64,000 nucleotides of DNA from Lama glama (GCA_028534125.1 CM052832.1:6636001-6700000); one strand, 5' to 3'. Counted from the stretch's first letter, positions 38,301-52,002 are shown. Made by a program: numbers and translations. Notes: a model not told the origin generated them from the letters alone.

Positions 38301-39647
38301 CCGGGGCCCCCGATCGCAGTACCTGCGAGTGTTGGCTGGTAATCCTCGTTTCCACTCCAGGGTCTCATCTTCCGTGTCTCACACCACTTAAAACTGCTAG
38401 GACCCTGGCTTTCCTCGCCCGGGGTGGTTGTATGACTCACCAAAGAGCCGTGTACTGGCCGGCCCCTGTTGTCTGTCTTGCTTCCCCCAGAAGAACTTCT
38501 AAGTCAAGATCGGGGGAGACCAGATGACCGCCTTTTGAAACCTGAACACATGGTTTATTCACAAGAACCAGCCCAAAGCAGAGCCCGTTTGCTGTCTCCC
38601 CTGCATGCGGGGTCTGGGACGCCCACACCTTTCTCTTCTGCACCCATCAGTGGCCAGTCCTTGCCTCATCCCCCCTCACACGCACTAGAAAGCGTTATTT
38701 TCTTTAATGTTGAATGTAAAGTTGAAAAGACTAGATGTAATCATTCGGAGATCCTATTTGTATACATCGATGAGAAGCCTGGTGTGAATTGAACTTTACG
38801 CTGCACTTTTAACACGTCCTTAGAAGGTTTCCAAAAAGACAAGTCAGTTTTGCTTTCATGATTTTCTTTTCCATTTGGTCTATCTTTTCATCAGTTTCCA
38901 GAGTAAATCGAATTGGTCCACAAGCCTTCTTTTTGAGCAATTAAAGTCATTTCAGGTTTTAATTTCAGGAAACAGAAGTCTGCTGAGTACAAGACATTTG
39001 TCTCGGCTGGTGTTGCATCCTCGCTTGTAGCAAATTCTGAGTACACGTCATTGCGACTGGCAGTTTAAGTGGGCCCAGTTACTTCAGGAAGCGTTGACAT
39101 TTACATTAGAAAGAGAAGGTAGATGAGAACAGAGCCTTTTACAGTCCGAATGTGATCTTTTTTTTTTCATATTCATTAAGTACTTCAAGAATTTTGCTTA
39201 GAAGATTCCTCACTTAATCCAAGCACATTTTTCTAAAGAAAATAGTCCAGGAAACATCATAACGAAATAGATGAATGAAAAGTGTCATTTCTTTAGAAAA
39301 GAAGCATCATTATAAAGAGGATTTGGATTTGTATGAATGACTTTATTACACTTACAGAAGTGATTTGAAAAAAAATAATTCTTTAGAAAATCCTAATTGA
39401 TGTAGACAGAATGATGGGTAAGGCTATTTATGGTAACCTTTTAAAATCGCCTTCGACCCGGGTGATCATTCATGCAGTGCTAATTATTGCTTGGCACAAG
39501 GTGTGGGGATTTATATTCTGATCTATACTGAAATGTCATCATTAATAAATAATGCTTTGCAACAACATCCTTAATTGTCAGGCATTTTTGTGGCCAGGAA
39601 TAGAAATAACCTGGGAGGCGTGGAGCCGCCCATGGCCTGATGCAGTT

Positions 39648-39857
39648 CAGGGTTTCTCCCCTTTGACGCTGCTGCCACTTGGGACTGCTGGGTCTTTGTT
39701 GTGGGGCTGCCTTGTGAATTGCAGGATGTTTCGCAGCGTCCTTGGACTCTGCTCAGTACATGTTAGTACCCATTGCTAGTTGTGACAACCAAAAATGTCC
39801 CCAGACATTGACAAATGTCTCCTGGGCAACAGAATCACCCTGGTTGAGAAGCACTTG
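39648..39857 (+). mobile_element. MER20 (hAT-Charlie) DNA transposon
   Basis: gttgtgacaaccaaaaatgtccccagacattgacaaatgtctcctggg...aatcaccctggttgagaagcact is the MER20 signature. Confidence 0.85.
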
Positions 39858-39910
39858 GTCTAGCTGATGGTTCCTCACCACGGATTAGAGGAGCTGCCTG
39901 GACATTTCTT

Positions 39911-40037
39911 TTTGGGGGTGATGAGGGTCTCTAGGTTTATTTATTTATTTTGTTAATGGCGGTGCTGGGGATTGAACCCAGGACCTCGTACATGCTAAGC
40001 ACACACTCTACCACTGAGCAGTACCCTCCCCACCGCA
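39911..40037 (-). mobile_element. Camelid vic-1-like SINE
   Basis: gtgctggggattgaacccaggacctcgtacatgctaagcacacactctaccactgagc; TSD gacatttctt at 39901-39910 and 40038-40047. Confidence 0.92.
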
Positions 40038-40860
40038 GACATTTCTTAATACCAATTCTAGGACCTCATCTTAATGGATAAGAACCTCCTGGGTGGGTCC
40101 CTGGAAGCCACACTTTAACAGCAAGTTATAATCTGCTTCTTTACATCTTATTCTGAATCCATTTCTTGCCTCCATTCCAACAAGGAGGCTGAAATTCTTC
40201 AAATCTTCGCTTTATAAACCTCCTTTGGACAGTCTCTGGCTTGATGACATAAAGGGTCCCAAAAGGCAACCAACCCTCTGAGTAGCCTCCTTCCCCCCAA
40301 AATTGTTTACACTCTCCCAAGATTGCTCCTCCTTGCACCACAGGAGACCTGTTCTTGAGCTGGCTTCACTGACACCACCCCCCAACCCTGTGGCCACCAT
40401 CACTGCCCCACTCAGAACACCAGAAATTGGGCATTCAGGCCAGTGAAGATTTTTGTATGAGAAAATTGGTTCACCGAGTTACTGCTGTATTATGCATGTG
40501 CTTGGGCTCAACACTTTGATAATTTCGGTAGATGTTTGGTATCCGGGGAAGGACAGCCGTCTTCGTCAGGCGTGCAGTGTGAGTGGGGCTTGGAGGAAGG
40601 TGACGTGGGATATCGGCTAATCAGCACACTGGTCAGTTGGAGGGAATTCTAAGGGTAAATTAATGACCTTTTGAGAATCACTTGAAAGCCTTGGGTCAGA
40701 TTTTCACAGGTAGCCTGTGTTACTAGTGCCATTTTATGGTTATACCTGGTGGTATGTTGAGGTGAGCAGCATTTAATGGCATGGCTTCAGACTGCTCATG
40801 GGAGCATTTACACCATGGAAGCGAGCAAGCGCTATAAATCAGGTGGGTTTGCTTTCCTAT

Positions 40861-41189
40861 GGTATTAGTTCCCTGTCCCTGCTGTAACAAATTACCACAA
40901 ACGCACACCTTCTCTCTGTGTCTCCTATTCTTGCCACTCTCCCTCTTTCATCATCAAACTTCCTTCTCTGATTCTGACCCTCCTGCCTCCCTCTTGTAAG
41001 TAAGTACTCTAGTGATTATACTGGGCCCACTTGGATAATCCAAAATAATCTCCCCATCTTTAGATTCTTTTAATCACATCCGTGAAGTCCCTTCTCCCAT
41101 GTAAGGTAACATAACCACAGGTTTCAGGAATAGGACGTGAACAGCTCTGGTTGTAAGGGGTGGGGGGGTGCGTTATTCTGTCTGCCACA
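40861..41189 (-). mobile_element. MaLR LTR (MLT1 family), internally deleted
   Basis: gtattagtt...gctgtaacaaattaccacaaac ... ggataatccaaaataatctccccatct...ttaatcacatc...atgtaaggtaacata ... ttattctgtctgccaca. Confidence 0.85.
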
Positions 41190-43476
41190 CCCTGAACCTC
41201 CCTTACTGGTGACTCGCAGAGCGTTCCTTTGGATTTGGGAGTAGAGACCAACCTGAGTATCATGCATGGACTGACACCCTCTTTCTTCCACATTTTCCTC
41301 CCATCCCGCAATTTCAGCTTTGTAAACAGGAACACGAAGAGCTGATGTTGCATTACTAATGATGATTATTGTCGTCAACCTAATTTTTAAAACGTATAGA
41401 AAGAAATTAGTTTTTTACCCAAATCCATCTGGAGAATGCTCATAATTTAGGACTTTCTTAATTGATGAGCCAATTAAGTAAAATAATTTTACTAAAAGTA
41501 AAATAACAATTATGCTTAAAGATTCAGGGATACTTTTGTTCAAAATGTCACAAAAAGCATTCCTGGGTTTTCAGGTTTATACCAAATGAACTTTTTTTGA
41601 TTATCAATACAACAGAATGACTTAGGTATCCCACTTTCTTTTGAAATGACAAAATCAGATGAGCCCTCCACTAAGTTTATTATCACAAAGATTTTTGTAT
41701 GGCTAGTGTTTTAATTACGTATCAGTTGCCTAATTATGATGCTAGTTCAGTCCGTGACCGCATTGGCCAGGTGTGCTGGTAATTGGCTATTTTCTTGTTT
41801 CATGTACAGACACTGTTTCTAAAGATAGTCATGTCTTTACATGACTAAATAGCATTAGGTGATACAGTTGGCACACAAATCAGTTATGATGGTAAATCAG
41901 CTTTAATCAGCTGATACAAAGTCTAGTTAAAGTTTGTAAGTACAGCTTATAAATGTCTTGAAGAACTGTGTACAATTTACTGGTTGGAAAAGTAGGGTAC
42001 AGGGTATCAGAGAATCTACTGGAAACCTCCTGTCTTAGTCACATCTTTGTCCCTGTGTTTGGTCTTCATATGTCTAAGTTTGAATGAAATTGCCATGAGT
42101 TTGATATATAAGCATACAGATCCAGCTCGCAATACAAAGTCCATAAATATCAGGGTTTTTCTTTCCTATTTTAATTGGAAATGGCAAAATAGTTCTGACA
42201 CTGTAAAAGGAGAGATGCCTTCTAATGCCAATCACGCTTTTAATTGTCGGATTGAACACTGGGCTGGTGGAGCCAGTGGAAACTCCGGAGTGTGGGCTTT
42301 TCTTCCTTTCTGATTCTAGCTTTTAAATAAACTGTGTGAAAACTAAAGGAGGCCAGTTCATAAATGGTTGGTGGTTTTTCTTACGTGAGGACTTGAATGT
42401 GTGCCCTTCTTGTGGGTTTAGAGAAGAGTCTTAATAATGTCACATGAGTCCCTTTGATCATCCCTGGGAACAGATCTTCCTGAGGGGCTCGAACACCTGA
42501 GAGCCCCACGGAGGCACAGGAATCACTGCCAGCTTCGCGCTCGTTGAGTGCTGACCAGGACGAGGAGTTCGCTGTCTTGGATTGTTTTTTCCCTGAGTGA
42601 ATTTATTGAGGCCCGGTACGTAGTAAATAATAATTTTGGCATAAAGCAATTTTTTTCCTCTAGAGATTTTCATTAGTGTTGAAAGCAAGTAGTTTATTTA
42701 ATAAAAGGATCTTCTGTGATATCTAAAATGCAACCAGGAAAGTAAAAGCATATACGTATGCTTTTATATATTATAGTATGTATTATGCTATTTTATAATA
42801 GATAAAGACATGTTACTAAAGTGCTTATAAAATACTATTAGATTTTTAATAAAATATTAAAATTTTATTAAAATATATAGAAGGGTATTATATAATATAT
42901 TATGCTATGTATATATGTATACACAAAGCTGGTAAGACAGTCAAAGATAAGAAAGTCATTTAGTTGCTGCCTGAGCTTTCCAGCCGAAAGTTCCTCCAGG
43001 CGCACCACCCCTTCCATATTCTGCTTCTGCCTTCATCCATTCATTATTTACACCAGCCATATTCTTCTGTGCCAGAGATCATCTTCCTGACTGATGGCAT
43101 CTGGGGCCCTCCACGCAAAAGTTAATTTAAAAGGCTGTATCAGGGAAGATGATTTTTTTTTCTTTTTCCTCCTCGCTCAATTTTTAATAACCCTTCGACT
43201 CTGTAGCTAATAGCCTCCCTCAGTCCCCCCACCTGCTGCTTCCCATTTGGTGTTCTGGGGAGAGATGTGCTGGGAATTTGCTATTGCCCATGCCTTTGAA
43301 GGCAGCAACCTGTTATTTCTCAGTCGGTATAAATAAAAGTGAGACCACACCTACCAGGTGACAGGGGTTGCACATACAAACGCCCCGTGAGAAGGCAAAT
43401 TTTAAACTGAATTAGGGGGACTAGGAGGATTCAGTTAAACTGTAAATGTGAGTGCATTTTCACTCTTATATTCTCT

Positions 43477-43566
43477 CTATTTTTGTTTAATGGCGGGACC
43501 GGGGATTGAACCCAGGACCTCGTGCAGGCTAAGCATGTACTCTGCCACTGAGCTCTACCCTCCCCC
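43477..43566 (-). mobile_element. Camelid vic-1-like SINE
   Basis: ggggattgaacccaggacctcgtgcaggctaagcatgtactctgccactgagctctaccctcccc; short TSD tattctct. Confidence 0.9.
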
Positions 43567-43589
43567 TGTATTCTCTTCTCATTTCCCTT

Positions 43590-44555
43590 CTTTATTCTCC
43601 CCCTAAGCAATTTTATCCAAGTCTCATTGCCATCTACACCCTAATTAATAACCGCAGAGATTCTATCCCTGATCTAAACCGCTTCTCTGAGCTGGGCACC
43701 TGGCATCTCCTCCTGATGACTCACGATGTGGAAACTGCACATTCACAACTAAACTCTTGCTCTTTCCCCTTAACCAGGTCCCCATCCACCGTTCCCTGTG
43801 TTCCTGAACCGAACCTCCCTGCACCCAGTTCTTCAGGTCAGAAGCTCTCCTCGCTTTCACCCTCAGCATCATTAGCTCATCCTGGTGGTCTTACCTCCTA
43901 GGCTTCTCTCCTATTTGATCGTTTTCTCTTATCCATGGTCCAAGCTGCAGGCGCCTCTCACCTGGACCATTACAGGTGCTTCTCTCTCCCATGGCTTCCC
44001 TCTGGTCGCTCTTCAATCCATGTCACTTTGTAGACTGAATCTTTGTAGTTTTTTATTTCAGAGCTCAAATCTGATGTGTCTAAACCCACCAAAGGCTCCC
44101 CATCCCTTTGAGGATAAAGAGGTGATTCTTTAATTCCTAGTCTTAGCCTGGTGCTCAAGGCCCACCCACCTCACAGCTTTTTCCTCACGTTGCAGCCCCC
44201 AGGGCTGTCTGCCTCCAGCCACATCCACTCTCTTTTCTTTCAATCTGCAAGCATTGTCCTGTCCCCAGGGCCTTTGCACGTGCCGTTGCCTCCCTCTGCT
44301 AGCATCTGTCAGACACCCCCAATGCTTACTCCCCCTGACCAGCCCCAGACCTCATTCATTTCTCTGTTATACACCTTCAGAGTGGGTTGTTTCTTTCCTT
44401 CAGAGTGCTTATCTCATTATGAATGATATACATCCATTTCTGTAGTTGGTAACTAAAATCTAGGGTTGGCGAGAGCAGGAACCTGTCTGCTTTGCTTGCT
44501 GTTCTCCAGCATTGAACATGGTGCCTGGATTTTACATTTGTTGAAGAAATGAATG
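43590..44555 (+). mobile_element. L2 LINE 3' relic
   Basis: L2-like words (ccccagggcctttgcacgtgccgttgcctc), ending ggtgcctgg...acatttgttgaagaaatgaatg, a typical L2 tail. Confidence 0.7.
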
Positions 44556-46599
44556 TGTGATGCCTTTCATATAAAATTTATATGTAACAATATATATATA
44601 GCTATACATATATAACCATGTATTTACATATAGTTATGTATAAAACTCTTTATATACATATATTTAGTTACATGTGTGTATGGTTATATATGAATTCCTC
44701 TAGATCCTGCTTGTACTGAGAGACATTTCACGTGGCACTGATCTATTTCTCCCAGAAATTAAAACTTTGATTACTCTCAAGGTAGTATTTTCCTTCCGCG
44801 GTGTAGTCACTGCGGAAACTCTTGACGAGCTTGCTGCTGTCTGCAAAGGACGGTACTTGAGTTACTGCACTTGAACCTAACAGCAAAGGTGTGAGTTACC
44901 TGTGGAGTGCTGCAGTAATTTGCCAGGATTCACACGGATCTAGCACAATCAGAGCTTGAACCATGCCTTTTAGCTCCAAGTCCAGATGCCTCTGTGGTGC
45001 TAAGTTGCTCCATAAGTGGCAGGGTCGGTGTGTTCCCGTAGAAGTGTTTTTGCAGGTCTGTGCATTTGCAGTCTGCACGCAGTGTTCCCTTGTACCGAAC
45101 AGGATGCTTAAGGTGCAGCCCCATAGTGGGCACTGGTTTTCTTCGTCTTGATCATCTATTTTCTCCCTGCACTCACGCTGTGGTCCGCTTTTTAAAGTAA
45201 ATCTAAATCTAATTTATACTGTATTACAGGATTTTACTCAATTGGCTGCCTGATGTCGTCTCTGAGCCTGGGGCCATCTGCGTCTACTTTCTAAATATTT
45301 ATGTTTGTATTTGCATTGAGAGGTGACATCTTGGCCACATGAATCTAACTCCTCTTGTTCTTGATAGTAAAGATGCGATAAGGTATGTGTTACATGATGG
45401 AAGAGAAGGGAAGGAAAACCTCACCTGTCAAGAGATTCCCGCACGTTTTGAGAGGAAAGCGGGTGGAGGAAGGGCGCCCAGGTTAGCAGAGTTGGGGGAG
45501 CTGTCAGCTCAGGTGCCTGCAGAGGGGAGAGCCTATAAAACAAACGGGCCCGCGGAACTTCTGAGCGTGCCGGGCTCAGGAACACCAGCACGGGGCAGGG
45601 AATAGGTGGGCTGCACGGCTGGAAAGGGGGACGGAGTGGAAGTTTAACCATTCTGCCCCGTCCTGGGCCCTGGACATCCACAGCTGGGTGGTTACTTTCC
45701 AGGCCAGAGATAGTAGAGTCTCTGGAAATTCTAAGCCATTGTCCCCGAGAAGATCACGGCAGATCACTTACCTAGTCATTCTGTCAGCAGATAATTACTG
45801 AGCTCCAGCTACGTTCTCGTCATTGTTCAAGGCACTGTGAACAAGACGGATAAACTGCACCATCTCATGGAGCCTATCTCCCCGTGGAGAGAGGGAGAGA
45901 GAAGAAAGTAATACATAGAGAAATAAACAGCAACCAGGACAGCCAAATAAAACACTAATAAAATCAATAAAAGGGGAAAAGAAAAGGGAAAGAATCTGAT
46001 TTTCAAGGGCGATGAATGCCACGAGGTGACACGGTGTCACCTTGCAAAATTATCATCTTTGGTGAGGGCGTAAAAGTCATTCCCAGGATCCCTTCCCCTT
46101 CCCCGCAGCGGACCTCAGCTTTCGTCTCATTGGCCAACACTCCTGGATGCAAAGGAGGCGTGGGAAGCAAGCGTCTATCCCAGAGGCATGGGGTGGCCAT
46201 GCCCTCGCTGGAGTCATCCTGCAGCTGGACTGGGTTCGGAGTAAATCGAGGTTCTTTTTTGTCAAGGGAGGTAAACGGACTGCCTTCTGTGGAATCTACT
46301 GACAGTGCCTGCCACAAACTTATGTTTGGATTGCCTACAATTTTGAATCGTCCATTTGTTAGTTTCTCCTATTTCTCTTGAAAATCCAGAGCCTACTCTT
46401 ATCACATGATCAGTGCAGATCTGTTGCTTTCAAGGCCAGGTAACGCGGGACCTGGGTCAAGGAAGCAGGATTCAGTAAGCTTTCAGGATGCCCTTTGTTT
46501 CAGTCCCCTGATGCGTGAGTGATCATTTATTTATTCAGTGCAGATGTTTATCTGGTCCTGAGAAGCACCAAGCCCTTGGGAAATAACTTAATGAAATAT

Positions 46600-46775
46600 A
46601 ATTATTAGTATTTATTGAGCTCTTATGCTGTGCCTGGCACTATTTTCATTATTTTACATGTATGAACTCACTTAACTTTAATAGTAACAGTGCAGTGCGG
46701 GAGGTACTGCCATCAAGGCTCACTTACCAACGTGGAATTGAGGCACAGGTTCAGTAACTAGTTCAAGGTCACGTA
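46600..46775 (-). mobile_element. MIR SINE
   Basis: atttattgagctcttatgctgtgcctggcacta...ttgaggcacaggttcagtaactagttcaaggtcac. Confidence 0.75.
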
Positions 46776-47504
46776 CAGGTGTGGACGGAGAGAATCTGCC
46801 CCTAACGCCAGTACGCATAACCGCTAAACTGAGGTGCTGAGCGGGGATAAGTAGCGATTCTGCGGATTGCCAGGTGAACATAGCCTGCTCCCTCCCTGAA
46901 CACCTGGCTCGGGCCAGGGGAGGATGCAGGGGGTGAGGCAGATGCCACCAATCTAAGGGATTCCGTCTAGACAGTTCAGCTCATCAGGAAGAACACGACA
47001 AGGAGGTGCAGGTGCAGGCAGGATCTCGTGTCCAGGCCAGGTCAGAAAAGAGGCACCGATGGGGGGGGGCAGGGGATCGGTAAACTGGGTCCAGGAGAAA
47101 GGCGGGCTGCTTGCTGACTTGTCTTACGCCCTTTGCTTGTGAGACTGGCCAGCAGAGTGGGGCGAAGGGAGGACCCGGAGCCAGGCTGCTGGGAGGTGAG
47201 TCCCGGTTCTTCCCCTCGGGGCTGTGTGGCCCCCGGCAAGTTGCTGAAGCTTCCGTTTCTGTGTCAAGTGAGTGTGATGCTAATGTTCCCACCTACCTGA
47301 TAGAACTGTCTGAGATTAAACGAGCTCATAAAATAAGCCCTTCAGGCAGCACCTCGCAGTGAGTTCATTCTGTACAGGTCTGTGTCAGTGCGAGCTTTTT
47401 TTTTTTTTTTTTGATGATTGTCTGGGACTCATAGGTGCTGGTTGAGAACAAAAGAAGTGAACCCAGGTTCCAGCAGAGTGAGAGGCAGGGCTGAGGGGGT
47501 GGTG

Positions 47505-47700
47505 GAGCTGAGTGGTTAGCACACAGGCCCCGGCACCAGACTTTGGCTCCTTAACTGGCTGTGTCATCTGGGACCACCTCACCTTGTTGTGCCTTCACGT
47601 CCTCCTCTGTAAAATAAAGAAGACAGGAGTGCTCACCTCAAGCAAGCAGGGAGAGGAGTGAGTTAATGAGTGTCAGCTGCTTCGAAGAGGGCCTGGACCA
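47505..47700 (+). mobile_element. MIR SINE
   Basis: gtggttagcacacaggc...ggctgtgtcatctggg...gccttcacgtcctcctctgtaaaat. Confidence 0.65.
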
Positions 47701-50700
47701 CGGGAAGGACTGGACATCATTCCTACCGTATAATCGAATTCTGCCTTCAGTGATTGGAGAACAGAAGTTCAGTCCAATCTCAAAAATCAACCGAAGAGGT
47801 GGCAAAAGTCATAGCTCTTTGACAAAAGGATTTTAAATAGGGTCACTTAGCACAGTAATAACAATGAAATGATTGGCCCCCGCAATTTGCACACAAGTGG
47901 GTACAAACTGTATAAAGAAGGCAAAGCTCTGTGTGCAGATTCCTGAGGAAGGGCTGGCCTTGTCCCTTAGCTGATGGCCCCAGTGCACACAGGGCAGAGG
48001 ACAGGGCCGGGCCAGGGTGTGGCAAGGACATCAGACCTTCAGTAGGTAGGAAAGGCCCTTTTTGTCTTTCTTCCTCTCTCTGGTGCTTTTTTCCCTCCTC
48101 CATCCCTTACCAAGTTGATAAGCGTAAAACATAAAGACCACAGGACTGGCAGTCTGGAGACCTGGGTTGTAGTCCTGGTCTGCCATCACCAACAGTGTGA
48201 CCCTGGAGAAGCCACTCGATCTCTTGGGACCTTCGTCTCCTCATTTGGAAACAAGATCAAATTCAAAAATTTTTTGAAGACCTTTCCTAGGCTGATCCTG
48301 GGAATTCCCTTAAACTACCCAGCAATCTTGGACTTCCTGGAATGAAATGAGGAAACCATATGGTCTACGGCAAAGGCTAAAGCGCACTCCTTCAGCAAGG
48401 CACCAGATACCCCAGATGAAACATCTGGAGGGCCCCTGGAGCAAAGGCCCCCCCCCCGGCCCTCTGGCCTGGCAGCCCGTGGCAAGTGTGCGTGGTCCTC
48501 AGTAACGCACACCTAACCGGAGCTGTCTGTCCAGACCCGGTCATCATTCCCTGTGAAAAATGCCCCGGAGAGCCTCGGGCATCCCCTTCCCCTCCTCATC
48601 CGTACCTCGTCAGTCATACTGCACTAGCTTTCCTGTTATTCATCAAGTTTTAAAATTAGCTTCTTAATCCCCTTAATATTTTCAACTTCTCTGCCTTGAA
48701 ATAGGCACCCAGCCTGCACTGGGTTTTCTGCAGCCTTGTTAGCAGCTTATAAATGCCAAGAATAGGTTGTACCCATACCCCTGGCTTCTTCCCTAAATTG
48801 TGATTCACTCACTGCTCTTATTTTTGTTCTTGGTGAAATAAACCTGAATTTTCTGAAATAAGTTTGGCTTTGAAATTCCGTGGACCACTCTTGATCGTTC
48901 TAACATGTCCTCTTTTGTTTGTTTCAGCATCCTTTGGTGATGAGGCTTTGACTCAGTTTCCTTTCCTTTTACTCACTTTTCTTTCTTCTTGGCTCCCTAT
49001 CTATGTCCTGCCGTTAGCTCTCACCTCGTCTTTCTAAATGTTCTTCCTTGGAAACTGTGTCTGCTAACAGCTTCCTATCCCCTTTGAGCAGATGACTTCC
49101 AAGTCTTATATTTTGATATTTAGATTTTTTTTATCAGCTAGTTACTCCTGTCATTCACTAGACATTTATTGAACACCTTGAATGGTGTACTGTGCTGGCG
49201 CTAAGGATGTAAAAATGGGTGACTTTCTCTACTTTCAGCAATTTGAATAGAGTCTAATTGAAGTGACAGAAACACAGTCTGAGAAAGCCAACTCAACATG
49301 ACAAGTGCTAAGATAGAATATTCAAAGAAAACAAGCTGCTTTTGGAACGTGGAGAAGTGAGTAACTAAATCTTTGAGGGCTATCAAAGAAAGGCTGCCCA
49401 GATGAGAGGGCATGGGTGGTGGGTCTTGAAGTTTGAATAGGAGTTTGGGAGCTGTGACATCTCTAAACTTCCTTCTGTTGTATTTGCATTGATGTTCTGC
49501 TGTTACCTCAAACTCAGCATGTCAGAAGTCAAATTCTCTGCCTTACTCCCTAAATTTTATCACCCACCTGACTTTCTTATTTCATTATTTCCCCGATCAT
49601 CTAGGAATACATTTTAGGGATGACGTCTCTTTTCTCTCTGTTGCCCTGTTGTCAGTTCAGTCTGCCTGAGGTTGCTTTCCCCATTTCGTCTGTCTTTTAA
49701 ATCATTGCCGTATCAACCTTTCATGACCACCAGTTTGATTTCTGTCACATACCTATTCAAAAATAATGGCAAACAGACATTTGCTCAGTGCTTAGTTTGT
49801 GAAATATTTTCTTTATCTCATTTAATTATCAAAACGATCTTGTGAAATAAATACTGTGCTTTTCTGAATCTCTCTTAAATTTAGAATCCAGGACTCTGTG
49901 GGCTCCTGGAAAGCAGAGATGACTTTCTGTTCATCTCAGCATCCTCAGTGCCTGCCACGCTGCTGGCTCATAAATGAAGTCCAATAAGTATTGTATTATG
50001 TGTTTATTCCTTCCCAGTGTCTGCACATCTTTACGTGCTCAGTAAAAATTACTTGATCAGAAGACGTTGAAATTGGGTCATAAAAAAGACGGATCCCCCC
50101 CATGCTCCACGGCTGACGCTGTTTCCACACACTGCTCAGCCACCGGAGAACCTCCTCCTGGTGCTGTAATGACCACGGTTTCAGAACTCTTGGACCTCAG
50201 GCTCCCTAATGGATTCTTAACACTCAGTGCTGTGTAGACAGAACCACTCCTTGTAAAGAGCTTTCCTTAATCATGCAGCCGAAGACCCCCTGTAACACAG
50301 TAGTTTGTTTATATCATTCTTCATATCAGATGCAATTTAATGGCCTTGCGTGTCTTTCGTGGTGCTATATGATATTTTAGACCTGGGGAGTCTATTTCAA
50401 TACTCCAGCCTTTCACGTTTGTTTAAAAATGCTTTGGCGGGGGATGGGGGTGGGTTGTCCCGATGGCTTATCATCTGTCCTCTTTATTTGCATATCTTGT
50501 CTCCTGAATTTACAAGAAAACTGGTTGTAGAAGCAATAACAAAAAAGCATTTAAAGTATTAATAAAGTAAAATAATTTTGTAAATTAAAAACCGTTATTG
50601 AAGTATAGTTGATTTTACACTGTTATGTTCATTTCTGGTGTACAGCATAGAACGTAAAGTCATTTCAATCTGAATCTGTAAGGATTTGACATTTTTTAAG

Positions 50701-51404
50701 CCTGGCCGCGCAGAGTAGCCAGGGACTCGCCGCTTCCTGACATGGACAAATTTGCATGAAAAGAGGAAATGACTTTTTGCGGTTTTGATTGTTCTTATGA
50801 AACCATAAAACGTAACCTGTCCTGCCTTTGAAAAGGCAGTTTGCTGACATGAAGCATACAGTGAACCAAAAAACCAAAAACCCATTCAGCAACGTGCTTG
50901 ACTTCACAGTCACAATTTATGTCGCTTCTCAGCCAAGATGCTTTGAGTGCCCTGGGCTTTCGTTCCAAGAGCCTCTGCTGCCATCTCCTGGTGGGTGTGA
51001 GTCAGCAGCAAACTGCTCAATGGAGAATGGACAACAGGATCCCCATACGATGTTATTTTCAGGAAAAAAAATTACTTTATAATTTTATTACATTTTAAAA
51101 AATAGAAATGAGTACTAAGGTGAGATTCGGTTACAGATAGACGACTTAGAACAAATGCCTTTTTTGTAGACTCTTGGGCATAAATATAAAATAAAACAGG
51201 GATTTATTCCCTGGGTCCCCGGAAAAGTCGTATCTTTTCTTCCGTATGGAAAACGCACTTCTGTTCGTGAAGTCAGGCTGTAGGAAGCGGGGGTAGATGT
51301 GGAGTGAAGGAGGCTCCCAAAGCAGGGGACTGTGTGTGGGTGAGGGGGCGCTGGCTGGTCAGTGGCAGGAGCGACAGTGCTAGGTGTTTGCCGATGGGCA
51401 GGGA

Positions 51405-52002
51405 AGGCCTTCTGAACTGCATCAGAATCCCCTGGGAGGCTTGTTCAAGTGACGATTACTGGGCCTCTTACAGTGATGCACCGGGAAGCATTTAAGAACT
51501 GATTCATGGGGAAAAAAGACTCAATTGCTGATGTCCACAGTGTGGGAGCTCCCACCCAAGTCACTAAATGTGGGGTCGGGAAGAGATGCGCTGGAGGGTC
51601 CCTTAGGGAGCAGTCCCCCCGACCGCCTACACTCATACACCTGCGCCTGAAAATAACCTGGAGAGCATGAGAGATAATAGCAAAATGTGGTTATTTTGTT
51701 AGCAAGCATTGAATTTCGACTATTTATTATTTCCATTTTAAATATAATTTATTTACTTAAAAGTTTATATGATTTAAAGTTTAGCAATGGCTGTGTGTAA
51801 CAATCAGCTTGTAGGATTCCTGGAAGTTGAGCAGTCCGTTCTCCAGCGTGGGTAGGAGCTGGCTGCAGCACACAGCTGGCCCCACCCCTGGAGTGCTGGG
51901 GTGGGATTTTGTGGGTCCGGGGTGGGGTCGGAGAATCTGCATCTCTGACATTTGTAAGTGACGCCGATGCAGCCATTCCACGGTCCATACTGAGAACTGC
52001 TG
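51405..52002 (+). mobile_element. MER5A (hAT-Charlie) split by a nested insertion
   Basis: Left part gcatcagaatcccctgggaggcttgtt...ctgggcc (51405-51470). Right part gccccacccc...ggtggggtcggagaatctgcatctctgaca...tgagaactgctg (51879-52002). Confidence 0.7.
51471..51878 (-). mobile_element. MER63-like (hAT-Blackjack) DNA transposon nested in MER5A
   Basis: Ends cagtgatgca... and ...ggctgcagcacacagctg. The AT-rich interior (aagtttatatgatttaaagtttagcaatggctgtgt) matches the recalled MER63 consensus in reverse. Confidence 0.65.

Noticed and set aside
45530..45560. TATA-like cctataaaa followed by a GC-rich patch
   Set aside because: No CpG island or downstream exon evidence; expected by chance in 64 kb.
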